Shown here in pieces: positions 1 to 12,292 of a stretch of DNA of 64,000 nucleotides; the stretch's first letter is position 1, and every line of letters starts with the position of its first letter. The translations under genes were made by a program, and so were the position numbers. Origin of the DNA: Glycera tridactyla (taxonomy: Eukaryota); assembly GCA_965644265.1 (NCBI GenBank), contig OZ286462.1:24738001-24802000 (forward strand). Direction: 5' to 3'. The notes below the pieces were generated by a model. The model did no database searches. It saw only the letters and a program-made list of their open reading frames with translations, and was not told where the DNA came from.

Positions 1-3000
1 CATCCAGTCATTTATAATGTTTAGACACTATTCCTGACATATAATTCGAGCTTTGTCTGTCATCAATAAAAGCAGTTTCACCAAAGAGCTCAGTGCCTGT
101 GCCCCCTCTCTTGCAAAATCTTCATTAATAATTCTTCCCCGTTATCAGAGTTTGTAAGATTGATACCTGCGGAAGAGAGATTTCTTTTATCAAGAAAACA
201 GCATACATAATATTTCGTGTTGACACATAACATTGAAACTTCAAGCAAACAACCAATCAATCACGCAATCAGTCAGTCAGCCTGTCGAGCAGTCAATCAC
301 TATCATCTTGACTGGGCCTTTGGCATTATAGAGTAAATCCTGGGTCTATTGGAATTCATTACAAACGTCATTGTTGAATATATGGTCATCAGCTCCATCG
401 ACGTCTTGCCTGCGTACAAAAGGACCATATTCATGTGTGGATGCAGTTGAGGTTTTAAAGTCCAAAGTTCAAGTCCAGCTTGCATAGCATGAGGATCGAT
501 ATAGCCATTGGTTGTTTCAGGGTCGTACATATCCACCTAACTCAGTCTGTGCGTGACTTCGTGGCATATGGGTTATGGACAAAGAAATCCTTCTCAGTTT
601 GTAACTTTGACTGACCATCTGTCGACATCACTATGCTCTGTACTGTATCTTGATCCTGCTAGTACCATGTAATTCAATATTTGTCAGGTATTCCATCGTC
701 AACCTGGAGATGAACATTTGTTTCATATGTTCAATTTTATTTGACGATCACGAATAAAAGTTTCGAATCGAAAAATAAAAAACTTCGCAGGGTCAAAGCA
801 TACGTCTGAGCAGACAATTACATGTACCATATTTATTCGACACGGAGAGCCAATGTAGGTGATAGGTACAGGTAAATAGATAAGAGAAGGGATGAACGAT
901 ATCCAATAAACGAAAACTATCGAAACGTGACTTCACTAAGATAATTCAGATGGTGACGTAATGTATGATGTAAGGAGGAAGGTATATCAGTGATTATGCA
1001 TGTGAGGCCGTTTCGAATATCGTTTGCATACTCATCAGCGATTGTAGGTTTTACCCTAATTTGCCAGAACACCGAATACATCTGTATGCACATCAGTGAC
1101 AGCAGCAGCAGCAGTAACGGTAGATCATATAGGCGTGTTCAACACTCATATATTACATCCCCTCTCCACTATTTCACATGGTAACCCATCTGATTGTACA
1201 TGCATTGCAGCAGCCCACGTCACTTGAGGTATCGCCCATCTGTCAGCATGAATAGTTCGAATCCATCGCAGTTATCTGTAAAGGACTCCTTCCAGTAGAT
1301 CATGTGGACTTTTCGTGGTAAAATGGGAACCACTTTATTTTGCAGAAAAACATAGACCCTTAGGGTCATGATACATGTTTTGCGGCCGAGTGGTAAAGAT
1401 TGAACAGGTAATATACAGCGATTTCAGAATAATAATCCAGTACAGTATAAGCCAATAAGATGAAGAAACGTTGGTGCTAGTATTCCATGATAAGAGTGCG
1501 TGTGGTAACTATGACAGCAACTACAATTGAATCGATTAAAAGTAACACAGCTTAAAATGGGGTTAGAATACGGGATACATGGTTAATGAAAAATATATTT
1601 ACACAATGTTGATTGAGATAATATTTCATGGTGATGATGCAGAAGCCGTATGCACAATTACAATAAATGGATGATCACACATGTACGTGGGAGAATGAGC
1701 AGTCAGTGAATAGAATTTTAAATGAATAAACACTATTTATTTATTATCCAAACACAGGGGGTGGATACACTGGCCTGTCGTATGATGCATGGGATGAGTT
1801 TGCGCTCCATTGTGCACTGGTTTGTAGATGCTCAACATGCTATATGTGCATGCTACAAGTGATATGTAGTCACTAAGCTTTAGAATCGACCACCAAAATA
1901 TGTGTGCTTGGAATATCCAGTCTCGTTTAAATTGGTCTATGGGTCTGCTTCATCGACTGGTTTTGCCAAGGAGACTTTCAATCACACAGGCTAAGCAACA
2001 TTATTAAAACCACATCAACACATGACAGTACCTGTTATTCTCATAGGTTATACCAATGTATTGTATTTCCACTCAATTATCGTGTTTATCGATTGGGAAC
2101 ACGCACTTCATGGACCCTCAGTTACAAACATCGATGCAAATTTCAAATGAGAGAGATAGAATAGTAGAGACAGAACAAAATGGATGTTGTGTACAGTACT
2201 CAGATGGAACATATATAGAGGAGTAGTAGTAGTCCATATGCATTCAATATATGTCACGCCAAGGCAGAAAGGGAACTATTATGTCCCTATATGACCATAT
2301 AAATGGTGACTCAGAAAGGATAACACGCTCAGTATTCAGATTAAATAATATGTGGAGAGGTATCATCGGTCTATATGTACACAAAGTATACTAAGTGTAC
2401 AACATATACCACGTCAAGGTGGCTGGCAGATGAGGCCCCATGAGTCCCTATATGGTTAAATAAATGCTGTTTGAACTGTTAGGTCATTGCTGGCGATTGC
2501 TTTATGAAGACCGGACAGTGTGCGCAGGCATCTCTGTGCCTCAGCGGTAGGCTGATCAGTTGCAGCTGACCATCGCTAACATTTCCCCGGGGAAACTGGG
2601 TGGGATATTTGGCAAACGTTTCTCTGTTCGTCGTATTGAACAGTCCGCAACTCCCCAACCAAAGGAGCGATCTGGAGCAAGAATGACAATATATTCAATT
2701 TTAATAAAGGTCAATTTCCCATCTTTCAAAATATATCTCATGTCAAAATTATACATGGAGGTTGATTGAGTTTCGATCATTATTATAAGTATTCCTACTG
2801 TATGATATTTGTGGGGATGAATGATTCGTAGATGAAGGTTATATATGCTACCGTGGGTGATGAGTATCGATTAGAAATCGTGTCATTTCGAGTAAGCACA
2901 TGCGATGAGAACGACTATTTGAAAGGTTATTTGTAATAAACAGCAAATTATTTAGGATGAGACTGAATCATCGGATGAGACTTTTTCTAGATTCCAGCGA

Positions 3001-3094
3001 AATCTGAGAGACTACATCATGAATCAACATACCTTCTGCGAGGTCACCCATTCAAAAGTCTATCAGGGGTTTCCAAATTATTCACATCTGATTA

Positions 3095-3720
3095 CTGCCA
3101 TGGCACAAGCTTTGTCTATTCGAATTGTGTCCAGATTCTACAAATTGTAGTCAATATATAGACTAACATTGTGCCATGGCACAAGGTTAGTTTTGTCCAC
3201 ATTTCAAAGATAATCAATAGCATATTACTCAAGATTCGTCTCTCGGAAGCATGTTTAGGGTCTTCAAACAATGAAGAGGATGTTTAAAACCATTAAATCA
3301 AGGAATAAAGGCTGTTCAATGTTTTTCCTGGGTTTATGAGCAATTGAAGAAATAGTAACTAAGGTTGTGCCATGGCACAAGGTTAGTCTGCCAAGCACTT
3401 GTCCCAGCTTTACAAGCTATTGACAGCATACAGGCTAATGTTGTGTAATGGAAGGAGAATTGTTTGCCAAAAACCCTTCTTGGGTGTGCACATGATTGAC
3501 AGAATGTTAACAAAGGTTGTACCTAATAAAAATATGTCCTTTCAATTGGTTGTTAAAGATTTACGAGCAAAAGAGAGTGGACCTGGTAACTAAGCTTGTG
3601 CCACAGCACAAGGTTAGTTCAAGGGAAATAATTCTTGATCAGATATCCTTAAACTCCTAATGCATGACAAAAATACTCAAATTTGTAGACCGAACGACAG
3701 AAAACAACCAAATTATCATT
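3095..3720. repeat. Degenerate non-autonomous repeat with a recurring palindrome (TTGTGCCATGGCACAA) about every 200 bp
   Basis: The motif (t)gtgcca(tg/ca)gcacaag(gttagt) occurs at ~3098, ~3170, ~3366 and ~3596. The copies at 3170 and 3366 are perfect 16-bp palindromes. Confidence 0.5.
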
Positions 3721-4045
3721 GCTTTGAGTAGAAGCAAGCAAGTCATGTAGTTAAAAGATTATGAAATTGGCTAAATATTCATTGTTTCCGCTGATTTTCT
3801 GAAAAAGTCTCACTGAATGATCGAGTCTCATCCTAAATAATTCACTGTTAATAATATTCAGTGATTTGTTGAAGCATGTCCTTGAAATAGTGAGCTGAAT
3901 ACATGACGCAAGTGTGTGGAGGAGATGAAGCGCACTCTTCATTGCAGTAGTGTCTGAATAGATTCCATGTAATGTTGACGTGGCGTGAAACATGAATCAG
4001 CTGAACCCCTCATATAAGGTATGCCTGCCAGTATCAGCTGGGTAG

Positions 4046-4242
4046 CTGGGCTTTGATGACATGAATCAACCAAGTGGATTATCTATGGCATGTGTTCCTG
4101 GTCCAGTGATGCTGAATGCTCCATCACCTGCAGGCCTCACAAACACACACCCTGAACACAACATGATGAGCAACGACAGAGGGTATCAGGTAGAAGTAGC
4201 TGACAGTTCAGACATACCTCTACCTGTCTAATATAATCATCA
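4046..4242 (-). repeat. Dispersed repeat family X, copy 1 (old SINE-like element)
   Basis: Shares the blocks gacatg-a-tca-cc, cctgcagg, ccctgaacac-a-atgatga and gacagttcagaca(t/c)acctctacc with copies at 5255, 8519, 10874 and 22097. Confidence 0.6.
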
Positions 4243-5254
4243 TGGTGGCAGAAATGGCACTTGCCACTGTGTAACTGGCTGGGGTTGGCCTGATAGCAAT
4301 GCTTTCATCTGAGCAAAACGCAGTAGTCCACCTATCACTACCCCCCCCCCCCCCCCCGCAGCTCCCTCCTTCCTTCCAGCAGCAAGTAGCATCACTTGTC
4401 GTCTAGCCACCTCAATGACACACACTGACATAGATACGACAGGCGGTAAGCACCGGCGAATCCGACAATGGTCACTATGGCAACTATATCAAAGCGTTGA
4501 GGTCATCCTCAAAGTGTTGCAGTGGGGTGTGCATAACTACCGGTGGGATAATCAGTCACCAGTTTGAATACAAATGACCGATTCAAATAGGAGGAATGTG
4601 CCAGTTAGCAGATCGACTCCTTCCCTGTCCCTCTTCTTATTATAGTTACTCAGAGACAAACTGCAGTCAGTTTCATCATATTTCGTGACCCCTATTTATC
4701 ACAATGTTCTTTATGTCCTCTTCAAATGAAAACACAAGCAAACATAATTTGAAATCTAAGAGTGGAAGTGGAACAGACATTTTGTTACAATGATTAACGT
4801 CTTATGATGCGAGTAACATCTAGGCGTTCAAAACTTCCGTCACTTGCTGTCTGATTGCATATATTCCTGTTTTCCGTTATCTAATCCGGAGCTACTATCA
4901 AAAGATCATGATGGCAAGCCCTGAGATAAATGGCCAATCTTTGGTTATAGCTATAACGACCTTCATAATATTCATATCTGCCCTACATGTAGGCAGGTTT
5001 GGAAAACAAAGGTGTAGCTCAGTTCGATAAAAGAACGAAAGCCAAACTGCATTCGACGTATACAAGGGTAGATGTGATCGTACTGCAACGAGTAGCTACC
5101 TCATGGATGACGGTGTGATTTCATCGCCTAATACTAGGTAGACATCACATGTTGGCCACTTTCTGCACTGGTCCATCTGCAATTACATTGTTCTCCGGAC
5201 TTGTATGCATCATAACATTCTAGATATATAAGCAGATATGCCATCTATAGATTC

Positions 5255-5408
5255 ATCATGATCATGTTAGATAGGTAGAGGTGTGTCTGAACTGTCACCT
5301 GCTTCCACTTTCTTGTTCCCCATTATCTCGTGTCCAGGTTTTATGAATGCATGCATTCGTATTCCTCTGGGATGGTTTATGCCATTAGACCTCAACCGAA
5401 CCGGAACC
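5255..5408 (+). repeat. Dispersed repeat family X, copy 2 (inverted relative to copy 1), ending in an (AACC)n-like tail
   Basis: ttagataggtagaggtgtgtctgaactgtca matches the reverse complement of 4199-4232. It ends gccattagacctcaaccgaaccggaacc. Confidence 0.55.
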
Positions 5409-5665
5409 ATCTGAAATTGAAATCTTATGAATACCAATGAGAGAGAATATTTCATATTTATTGTACAATATTCACCTACACAATTGTCAGAAATAATAGA
5501 TTGAATCTCATAGATTCTCCCCTTTCATTAGGGGCCCCAGAGAAGCCTCAAATTATCCCCGATATGCCCATTTCATGGGCGTCTCAATATAGCCCAAATA
5601 GTGCTCACGGGACATAGGACAATTAATCATAGATTGTCCTTGCCCTATGCTCACCGTATGTGAGG

Positions 5666-5832
5666 GCCTGCCTCGGTGGCTCAGTGGTAGCGTACTGGGC
5701 TGGCATGCAATGGGTCCAGGGTTCAATCCCAGGGCCTAACATGCAGGAATGTTTCACCCTTCATCTTCGCTCCTCCTTGGCAGGTGGTCGGAGTTAGCCT
5801 ACTCAAGTGCAGAAAGTGGACCTAAAACAACA
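5666..5832 (+). mobile_element. tRNA-derived SINE
   Basis: A box TGGCTCAGTGG (5677-5687) and B box GGTTCAATCCC (5720-5730) at tRNA-like spacing. The acceptor stem is not intact, and the head is followed by an unrelated body and a gtggacctaaaacaac tail. Confidence 0.65.
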
Positions 5833-5912
5833 CCATTTCCATCTCCGTATGTAAGGAGTATAAATTGTCATACGTACTGCGCTTAATTAATTTATTCCGA
5901 CGAAGGCATATA

Positions 5913-5979
5913 CAGTCGAACCTCTCTATAAAGACCGCCTTCGGTCGCACCAAATAGCGGTCTTTATAGGGAGGTGGTC
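5913..5979. mobile_element. Left part of a pogo/Tc1-mariner-type MITE split by a LINE insertion
   Basis: TA then CAGTCGAACC terminus. The interior matches the intact copy at 29813-29986. Confidence 0.85.
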
Positions 5980-7666
5980 CACTGGCACTCGCCTGCTTGA
6001 ATTCCTTGATAATATTTATCATGGAATCAAGCAGGGGAGTGTCACTGGGACGGTCTTTCTTGACTTAAAGAAAGCATTCGACACGGTGGACCATGAGCTG
6101 CTTCTTCGAAAACTTGTGAGATATGGTCTGGATAAAACATGTCTAGATTGGATAGAGAGTTATCTTTCCAACCGACAATGCCTGACAAAGGTAGGATCGT
6201 ATATGTCTGACTCGTTGCCGGTTGCATGTGGGGTTCCTCAAGGCTCTATCCTAGGGCCTTCGTTGTGTGCAACTTGAATCATATCCTAGAATCAGTATCA
6301 GTCTGGATGCAAATGAACAAATTATCTCTTAATCTTAAGAAAACTCAATATATGATGTTTGGTCTCCCTCAAAACTTAAGGAAATTCAACGATATTGAAC
6401 TGCAAGTCTAAGGAGTTAAACTAGCTAATACGGATAATTTGAAATATCTTGGAGTGTGCCTTGACCCCATATTAAGCTTCAAGCATCATGTAGCTCATAT
6501 CCGCTCAAAAACTATAAAGAAAATTGGAGTCTTAAGTCGCCTGCGTCCAGTACTATCCCGCCATACTTCGATTATGCTATATAAAACACTAATCTTACCC
6601 CTTTTCGATTATGGGGATATCACTTTTAACGGGCTATCTCAAAGAGAAAACTACAACCTACAAAAACTGCAAAATGTGGCACTGAGATGCATAGATCGTC
6701 GACCCAGGAGATATAACACAGCTAAATTACATGTGGACCTACAGATGCAAACTTTAGGAAATAGAAGAAATGAGCATGATCTTATACACGTGAAAAAGAT
6801 ATTCTCAGGAAAATATACAACGGAGCCAGTATGTGAACTGACACAACAGGATCACGCCCATGATACTCGTTCGAGGGCAAAACCGCTAGTTAAAATAGAA
6901 CGTCTGAAATATGAAATCTCAGAGAAAAATTTCAGACACCGTGCAGCAATGGCATGGAATGCTCATGTTCATATATTCCCAGATTCCATTACAATGAGTA
7001 TAGAAGAATTCAAAACTCATCTTAAGGCACGACGTGTTGCAACAGCCTAAGGCCATATACTCCAATATCATCTCCACTATTACTTTCAGCATGCACTCAG
7101 TACACGATTTACATGATTTACAAGATTATATGATTTATATGATTTTCAACCTTGAATGTTACCAAATCTCTCTTGTATTTTTCTATATTTTTCTATATTA
7201 TTCTATATATCTCTATATTTTTCTATATTTTTCTATATTCTTCTATATTTTCCGATGCTGCTACTAATACTATTTTTATGATATCTTGTCTATTACATGT
7301 TGCTATCATTATAATCCGCACAAGAGGCCCGCCATACTTACCCCAGCTGATACCTTCAACCAACTGTGTAAGCACCTTGAGAGTGTGGCTGTATCTCTTC
7401 CTTTCACAACCTAATGTAACTGTAAGAAAGAAATAAGCCGGACGAAGGAAAACAACAGATTTTGAAATATCTACCAGACAACGGGTCAAATCATCCATCT
7501 TCATATCATTCATCTCACCTCATCTCATATATGTAAATTCATCCACATATCATCATTGTATCGTATTTAATGTATGTTGTATTGTATTCGTCACCCTGAA
7601 AAAGAATGTATATATGTTTAATTGTATTGACGAATCGAAATAAAGAGTTAAATCAAATCAAAAATC
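5980..7666 (+). mobile_element. 5'-truncated CR1/L2-clade LINE with a disrupted RT, 3' UTR and (AAATC)n tail
   Basis: RT motifs FLDLKKAFDTVDH, GVPQGSILGP, LSLNLKKTQYM, KYLGVCLDPILSF and LYKTLILPLFDYGD lie in different frames, indicating frameshifts and stops. AATAAA at ~7639 is followed by aaatcaaatcaaaaatc. Confidence 0.92.
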
Positions 7667-7739
7667 ATAGAGAGGTCAGGGTGGTCTTTATAGGGAGGTG
7701 GTCTTCATGGAGAGGTGGTGTTTAGAGGAGGTTCGACTG
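7667..7739. mobile_element. Right part of the split pogo-type MITE
   Basis: Ends GGTTCGACTG followed by TA, the inverted copy of the 5913 terminus. Confidence 0.85.
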
Positions 7740-8518
7740 TATTCGCCATTCCCCAATTTCTCGGCAAACCACCATCAAGGATGAGGTAATAGTTGATGAT
7801 GTTGAGGAGGGTAGGCTGAGTGTGTATACAGATCTGATGGGTACTCTCGGGAGTTGATGAGCCAGACTAATAACCAAACACTGATTCATGACACTTGATT
7901 AAGATGAAGTGGCCGCCTATCTAATGAGACGTGGAGAGTGACCATTCGTTTCTTACACCTCCCTTCCTCTCGGGTTCTTCTCTAGATATGATCTCGCAGT
8001 TGCTCTTTCTTCCTGGTAGCAACAATATGATATTTCAATGAATTCTCTGATTTACTCAAATATTGCTGCATGATCTATGACCACATCTACTGCTATATCC
8101 ATGAAATACAATCATGTGGAACATTGTGAAAAATTAATGGTCTCGTGATATCGACCAGTACGAACTAGGCAAGTCCATGTGACATGGTGATTTCATTCAC
8201 TGACTATGTGCACCAGTCACAATATGCAAAATATTGCTTATTTGTGTTGAAATCTTGTGTCATAGGTACCATTTTCAGGCATCATTTCTGTACAATTTCT
8301 CACTTTCTCGAATCTATCTATCATTTTTCAATCTACGTGATAGAGACAAGATAAATTCCTGATGACTCGCTACGGATATGGGATTTGCCTCGACCAAGTT
8401 TGATATCTCATCATGCAAAAACCTCGCAACCCAACTCATGACGATAATTCACATCCGGTCTGACTTGAGTATCCCACCATCTATCTGCCCTCACATTCAT
8501 CAACTTTTTCTCAGATAC

Positions 8519-8660
8519 ATGATTGATCGACTGATTGAAGATTAATGGCATGTATCAACCTGAAGGATTATGCACATCATGTGTCGCTGATCTATGAACC
8601 CAGATGCTCGGTCTCCTGCAGGTATCATTCCCACAAACCCTGAACAGAAGACGATTTGGA
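8519..8660 (-). repeat. Dispersed repeat family X, copy 3
   Basis: A gattgatcgactgattg tail, then atggcatgtatcaacc..ggattatg, ctcctgcaggtatca and accctgaaca. Confidence 0.5.
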
Positions 8661-9561
8661 CCAGAAAGGTTGTGTGATGGATACGCCTTCAGTTCAGAGA
8701 ACACACACATATCACAATCAACCTATGTGTACCTGGCAAATCGACTGGAACTAATCGTTCGGCATTCGACTTTCCATTTGTCTGTACCATTCATTGTCTA
8801 ATTACCTCTGATGTTTCCTAGAACCATGCAGTAAGAAGACTGAACTAGCCTTGTTCATTCAATATCTTGATGAGATGGCTTCGAAGATATGCAGCTCATC
8901 ATGGTTGCAGGGTATGTGCAAGAAAAGGAGTATGTCTTCCATGAACTCAGATTAAATTTTCTGTGGCATATATCATATTCGAACTCAACTGTCCTTCGGA
9001 AGGTACACAAGATCGATCACGACATTGTCTTCTTTTCAGATGTGCTTGAGCCCACTGATAGCGGTGTCTTGTTCGTTCATCAATCCCAATCAATCCAGCT
9101 TGCCTTTGGTTGACCTCTACTGCCCTGTTCCGCCTGTGGAAAATCTAACTTGGCCAAAGAAACTGATACCATCGGTGTTGCCAGTATCTAAAGATCCCAT
9201 CTGTTCTAGAAAGGTCGATCCGAAATCCTTCTACGCTACTCACCAAGCTGCCCGATATTATACGTTTAGAATGTGTTGGAGGTTTCATCGTCATCATCAT
9301 TAGGACAAACAGTCAATAAAAGGTTGTTCAAACCGTAGCAAGGCGGAAATTAGCAAGAGTAAACCGAAGCAATGAATGACGTTTTTCGACTAGTCAGTGG
9401 TGTCCGCAGATATTGACGGCCTGTCAGGTTCACCAGTTCAGACCACCAAGTCAGGACCTGTCAATACCTGTCAGGACCGTACAACATCAATCATAGTGAT
9501 GATCAGAGGATCGACAATACTAAGATCAATCCGAATCATGATGAAGATAATAACAATTATA

Positions 9562-9599
<38 letters not shown>

Positions 9600-9628
9600 A
9601 ATGATGATGTCGATAATGATGATGATAA
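9562..9628. repeat. (ATG)n microsatellite
   Basis: Direct reading. It explains the poly-Met and poly-Ile ORFs. Confidence 0.95.
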
Positions 9629-9685
9629 TTGAACCAGGTCCATTTCTCTGTTGTTCAGATTGAGGTGACTTGGGTGGATCAAATA

Positions 9686-9724
9686 CCACCTGATGAGGAG
9701 GACACAGCCCGAAAAGCTTCGTGG
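9686..9724 (+). ncRNA. Minimal type-I hammerhead ribozyme motif
   Basis: CCAC-CTGATGA-GGAGGACACAGCCC-GAAAAGCTT-C-GTGG. The core is intact, stem I is CCAC/GTGG, stem III is the palindrome AAGCTT, the predicted cleavage triplet is UUC, and stem II is weak. Confidence 0.65.
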
Positions 9725-9936
9725 ACCCTTCCTGAGTTTCCACCAGGCCTGAGCCGTTTCTTACTATATCAAGCTTCAAGTGTGTACGTGTATTGAGTCG
9801 CTCCTTGCGTCATCCGTCATTTCTTGCATGTTCTCTGCATGCCATCCTGATGCTGCCTCCTTTACCAGAGAAATAAAAGTTAAAATTTGAAGTATGTGGT
9901 TCGTTGGGTCTCCTTCGTCCATACTATAACGATAGT

Positions 9937-9975
9937 GATAATAATGATAATAATAATAATAATAATAATAATGAT
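9937..9975. repeat. (AAT)n/(GAT)n microsatellite
   Basis: Direct reading. Confidence 0.9.
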
Positions 9976-10873
9976 AGTCACATCAGTGGAACCTGCAACC
10001 AGCAAGCCTATGAGAAGCATCCACCTGTGGAGGGTAAGCGATTTCCCAGAATACTATCCTGTATAGCTTTTGAAAATGTACCTGCGACAAGCAAACACCA
10101 ACTTCAGAAGGTACAGAAGGTACTCGCTCGTCGCAGTGTCCACTGTGATATGACATCCATCAGCGACATTACAATATCTAACACTCACTTTCGATTTTAT
10201 CATCATTTCGTTACTATCATTATGATCAAAAATACGTGAAAAAGCCAAGTTTTCATAAGGCATCATGGCTCGGTAGTGGATGGGCAGGTTGGCCACAGGA
10301 GAATTATTTTTTGGTCTTCCAACCAGCTCCCTGACATCCAGCCAATGACCTCTCTCCTGTAGTCAAGACCCCATTTTGGTTCAGGTCGAGTTGGGTCGAT
10401 GCCTGACATCGGCCACAACAATGCCACCAGAGGCCCATTCCGTTACTGTAGGATTGCATTGCACATTGCATGAGTGCTCCTATCGATTGATTAATTCTAT
10501 GATTTTTGTATGTTCGGCATATAACTACAAAATAGAACAGATAGAGATAAAACAATGGAGGCTGACAGTGAACCAATACATGCTCACATTACCACCATGT
10601 TGAGAGGCCAATCCAGAAAGGTTGTCAAGTGACAACCTTTCTGCTTCCTCATCATCTTATGTTCAGGATTTGGGTAGGGTGTACCCGCGAGCTTCCCAAA
10701 ATCCAAAACACATAGCATAGAGCATTCTCCATATGTTTTGGTATCTTCTTATCCGCTCTTTTCTACCAAAGGGACAAACAGGAAGTTTTATGACACCTAT
10801 TGGTGCCTATCCGGTTGCTTGGGGCCGGGCGAGTGACTGTCATGCCCTTCAACGATGACAGCATCATCAGGTT

Positions 10874-10960
10874 TCATGTACCAACCAAAAGAATTATGTA
10901 TGTCCCCTGCAGGCATCACATTCACGCACCTTGAACACAAGATGAGCGGAGCGGCTTGTG
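10874..10960 (-). repeat. Dispersed repeat family X, copy 4 (internally deleted)
   Basis: catgtaccaaccaaaagaattatgtatgtcccctgcaggcatcacattcacgcaccttgaacacaagatga. Confidence 0.5.
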
Positions 10961-11609
10961 AATGCGGTATTGTATCGCTGAAATTCTGAGTAACACGATC
11001 AGGGACTCCTTAGATTTAATCAACTCATTATTCTTAAGTCATTTGGACGACTAATTGCTCCTGAGTTAATTTGGGTTTTCACACCTAATTCGATTAGAAC
11101 CCATCTAATTGATAATTAGGGGAAATGCACACTCTTGGGAAACACTGGCTCATTTGTTACCTGAGTTGCTGAATTGGAGGAACTATGAGTAATGAGTGCA
11201 AGAAACACGTGATCGATGAAATATGACCCAGACAGGGAAAAAACTGAGAGACTGATTGAGAGAGAGGAAGGGGGGAAATCGACATACATGAATAGGCAGC
11301 GAGGGTGTGCGGGTGAGACGGTGAGATGAAATGGGAGAGAAGAGAGTGGGAGAGACAAAGATACAGAAAAAAACGAGAGATATAGACAGACAGAAGGACA
11401 AAGGGAGTGATACATGAGTGGGTGCGTGTCTGCATGAGATGGCGTGGGGGGGGGGGGGGAGAGGAGGAAGGAGAGCAAGAGATTGAGAAGATGAAAATGG
11501 CAGGTGTTTTTCTGATAAGGAGATTGCCAATCGCTTCTCAGACAAATGAAGATCACGTGCATCAAACTAATGAAGATACATCAGCATCAAGTCACCAACA
11601 AGAATGATT

Positions 11610-12067
11610 NNNNNNNNNNNNNNNNNNNNNNNNNNNNNNNNNNNNNNNNNNNNNNNNNNNNNNNNNNNNNNNNNNNNNNNNNNNNNNNNNNNNNNNNNNN
11701 NNNNNNNNNNNNNNNNNNNNNNNNNNNNNNNNNNNNNNNNNNNNNNNNNNNNNNNNNNNNNNNNNNNNNNNNNNNNNNNNNNNNNNNNNNNNNNNNNNNN
11801 NNNNNNNNNNNNNNNNNNNNNNNNNNNNNNNNNNNNNNNNNNNNNNNNNNNNNNNNNNNNNNNNNNNNNNNNNNNNNNNNNNNNNNNNNNNNNNNNNNNN
11901 NNNNNNNNNNNNNNNNNNNNNNNNNNNNNNNNNNNNNNNNNNNNNNNNNNNNNNNNNNNNNNNNNNNNNNNNNNNNNNNNNNNNNNNNNNNNNNNNNNNN
12001 NNNNNNNNNNNNNNNNNNNNNNNNNNNNNNNNNNNNNNNNNNNNNNNNNNNNNNNNNNNNNNNNNNN
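11610..12067. other. Assembly gap (N run)
   Basis: Run of N. The other gaps are at 27742-27872, 44923-45156, 47994-48207 and 51567-51706. Confidence 1.
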
Positions 12068-12292
12068 CGTCCTTCCTCCGTCAACGGCGAGACTCAGACT
12101 GAAGTTATTTACAAAACGGACGTCGTGACGTCACAAACGATGCCGCATTCGGTTGCCTAGCAGTGGAGTCGCAGTCGCGTCCGAGTCGATCACGACGCCA
12201 TCTAGTGGCTCTAGGCAATTAAACACAATAGGCATCCACCAGGTGTCACTTCAATGGGTGTCACCTATTTGCTAGAATCTGAGATATACAAC

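Noticed and set aside
303-536. 77-aa minus-strand ORF (MDMYDPETTNG...) as a host exon
   Set aside because: It has no recognisable motif, only a weak acceptor and no partner exons. It cannot be supported without a search.
5670-5740. Functional tRNA gene
   Set aside because: The acceptor and anticodon stems are imperfect, there is no T-run terminator, and it continues into a SINE-like body and tail.
9397-9779. Poly-Met and poly-Ile ORFs
   Set aside because: These are translations of the (ATG)n microsatellite.
11546-12160. Long ORFs containing X runs (also at 27.5-28.0, 44.7-45.2, 48.0-48.3 and 51.3-51.9 kb)
   Set aside because: They are artefacts of reading through N gaps.
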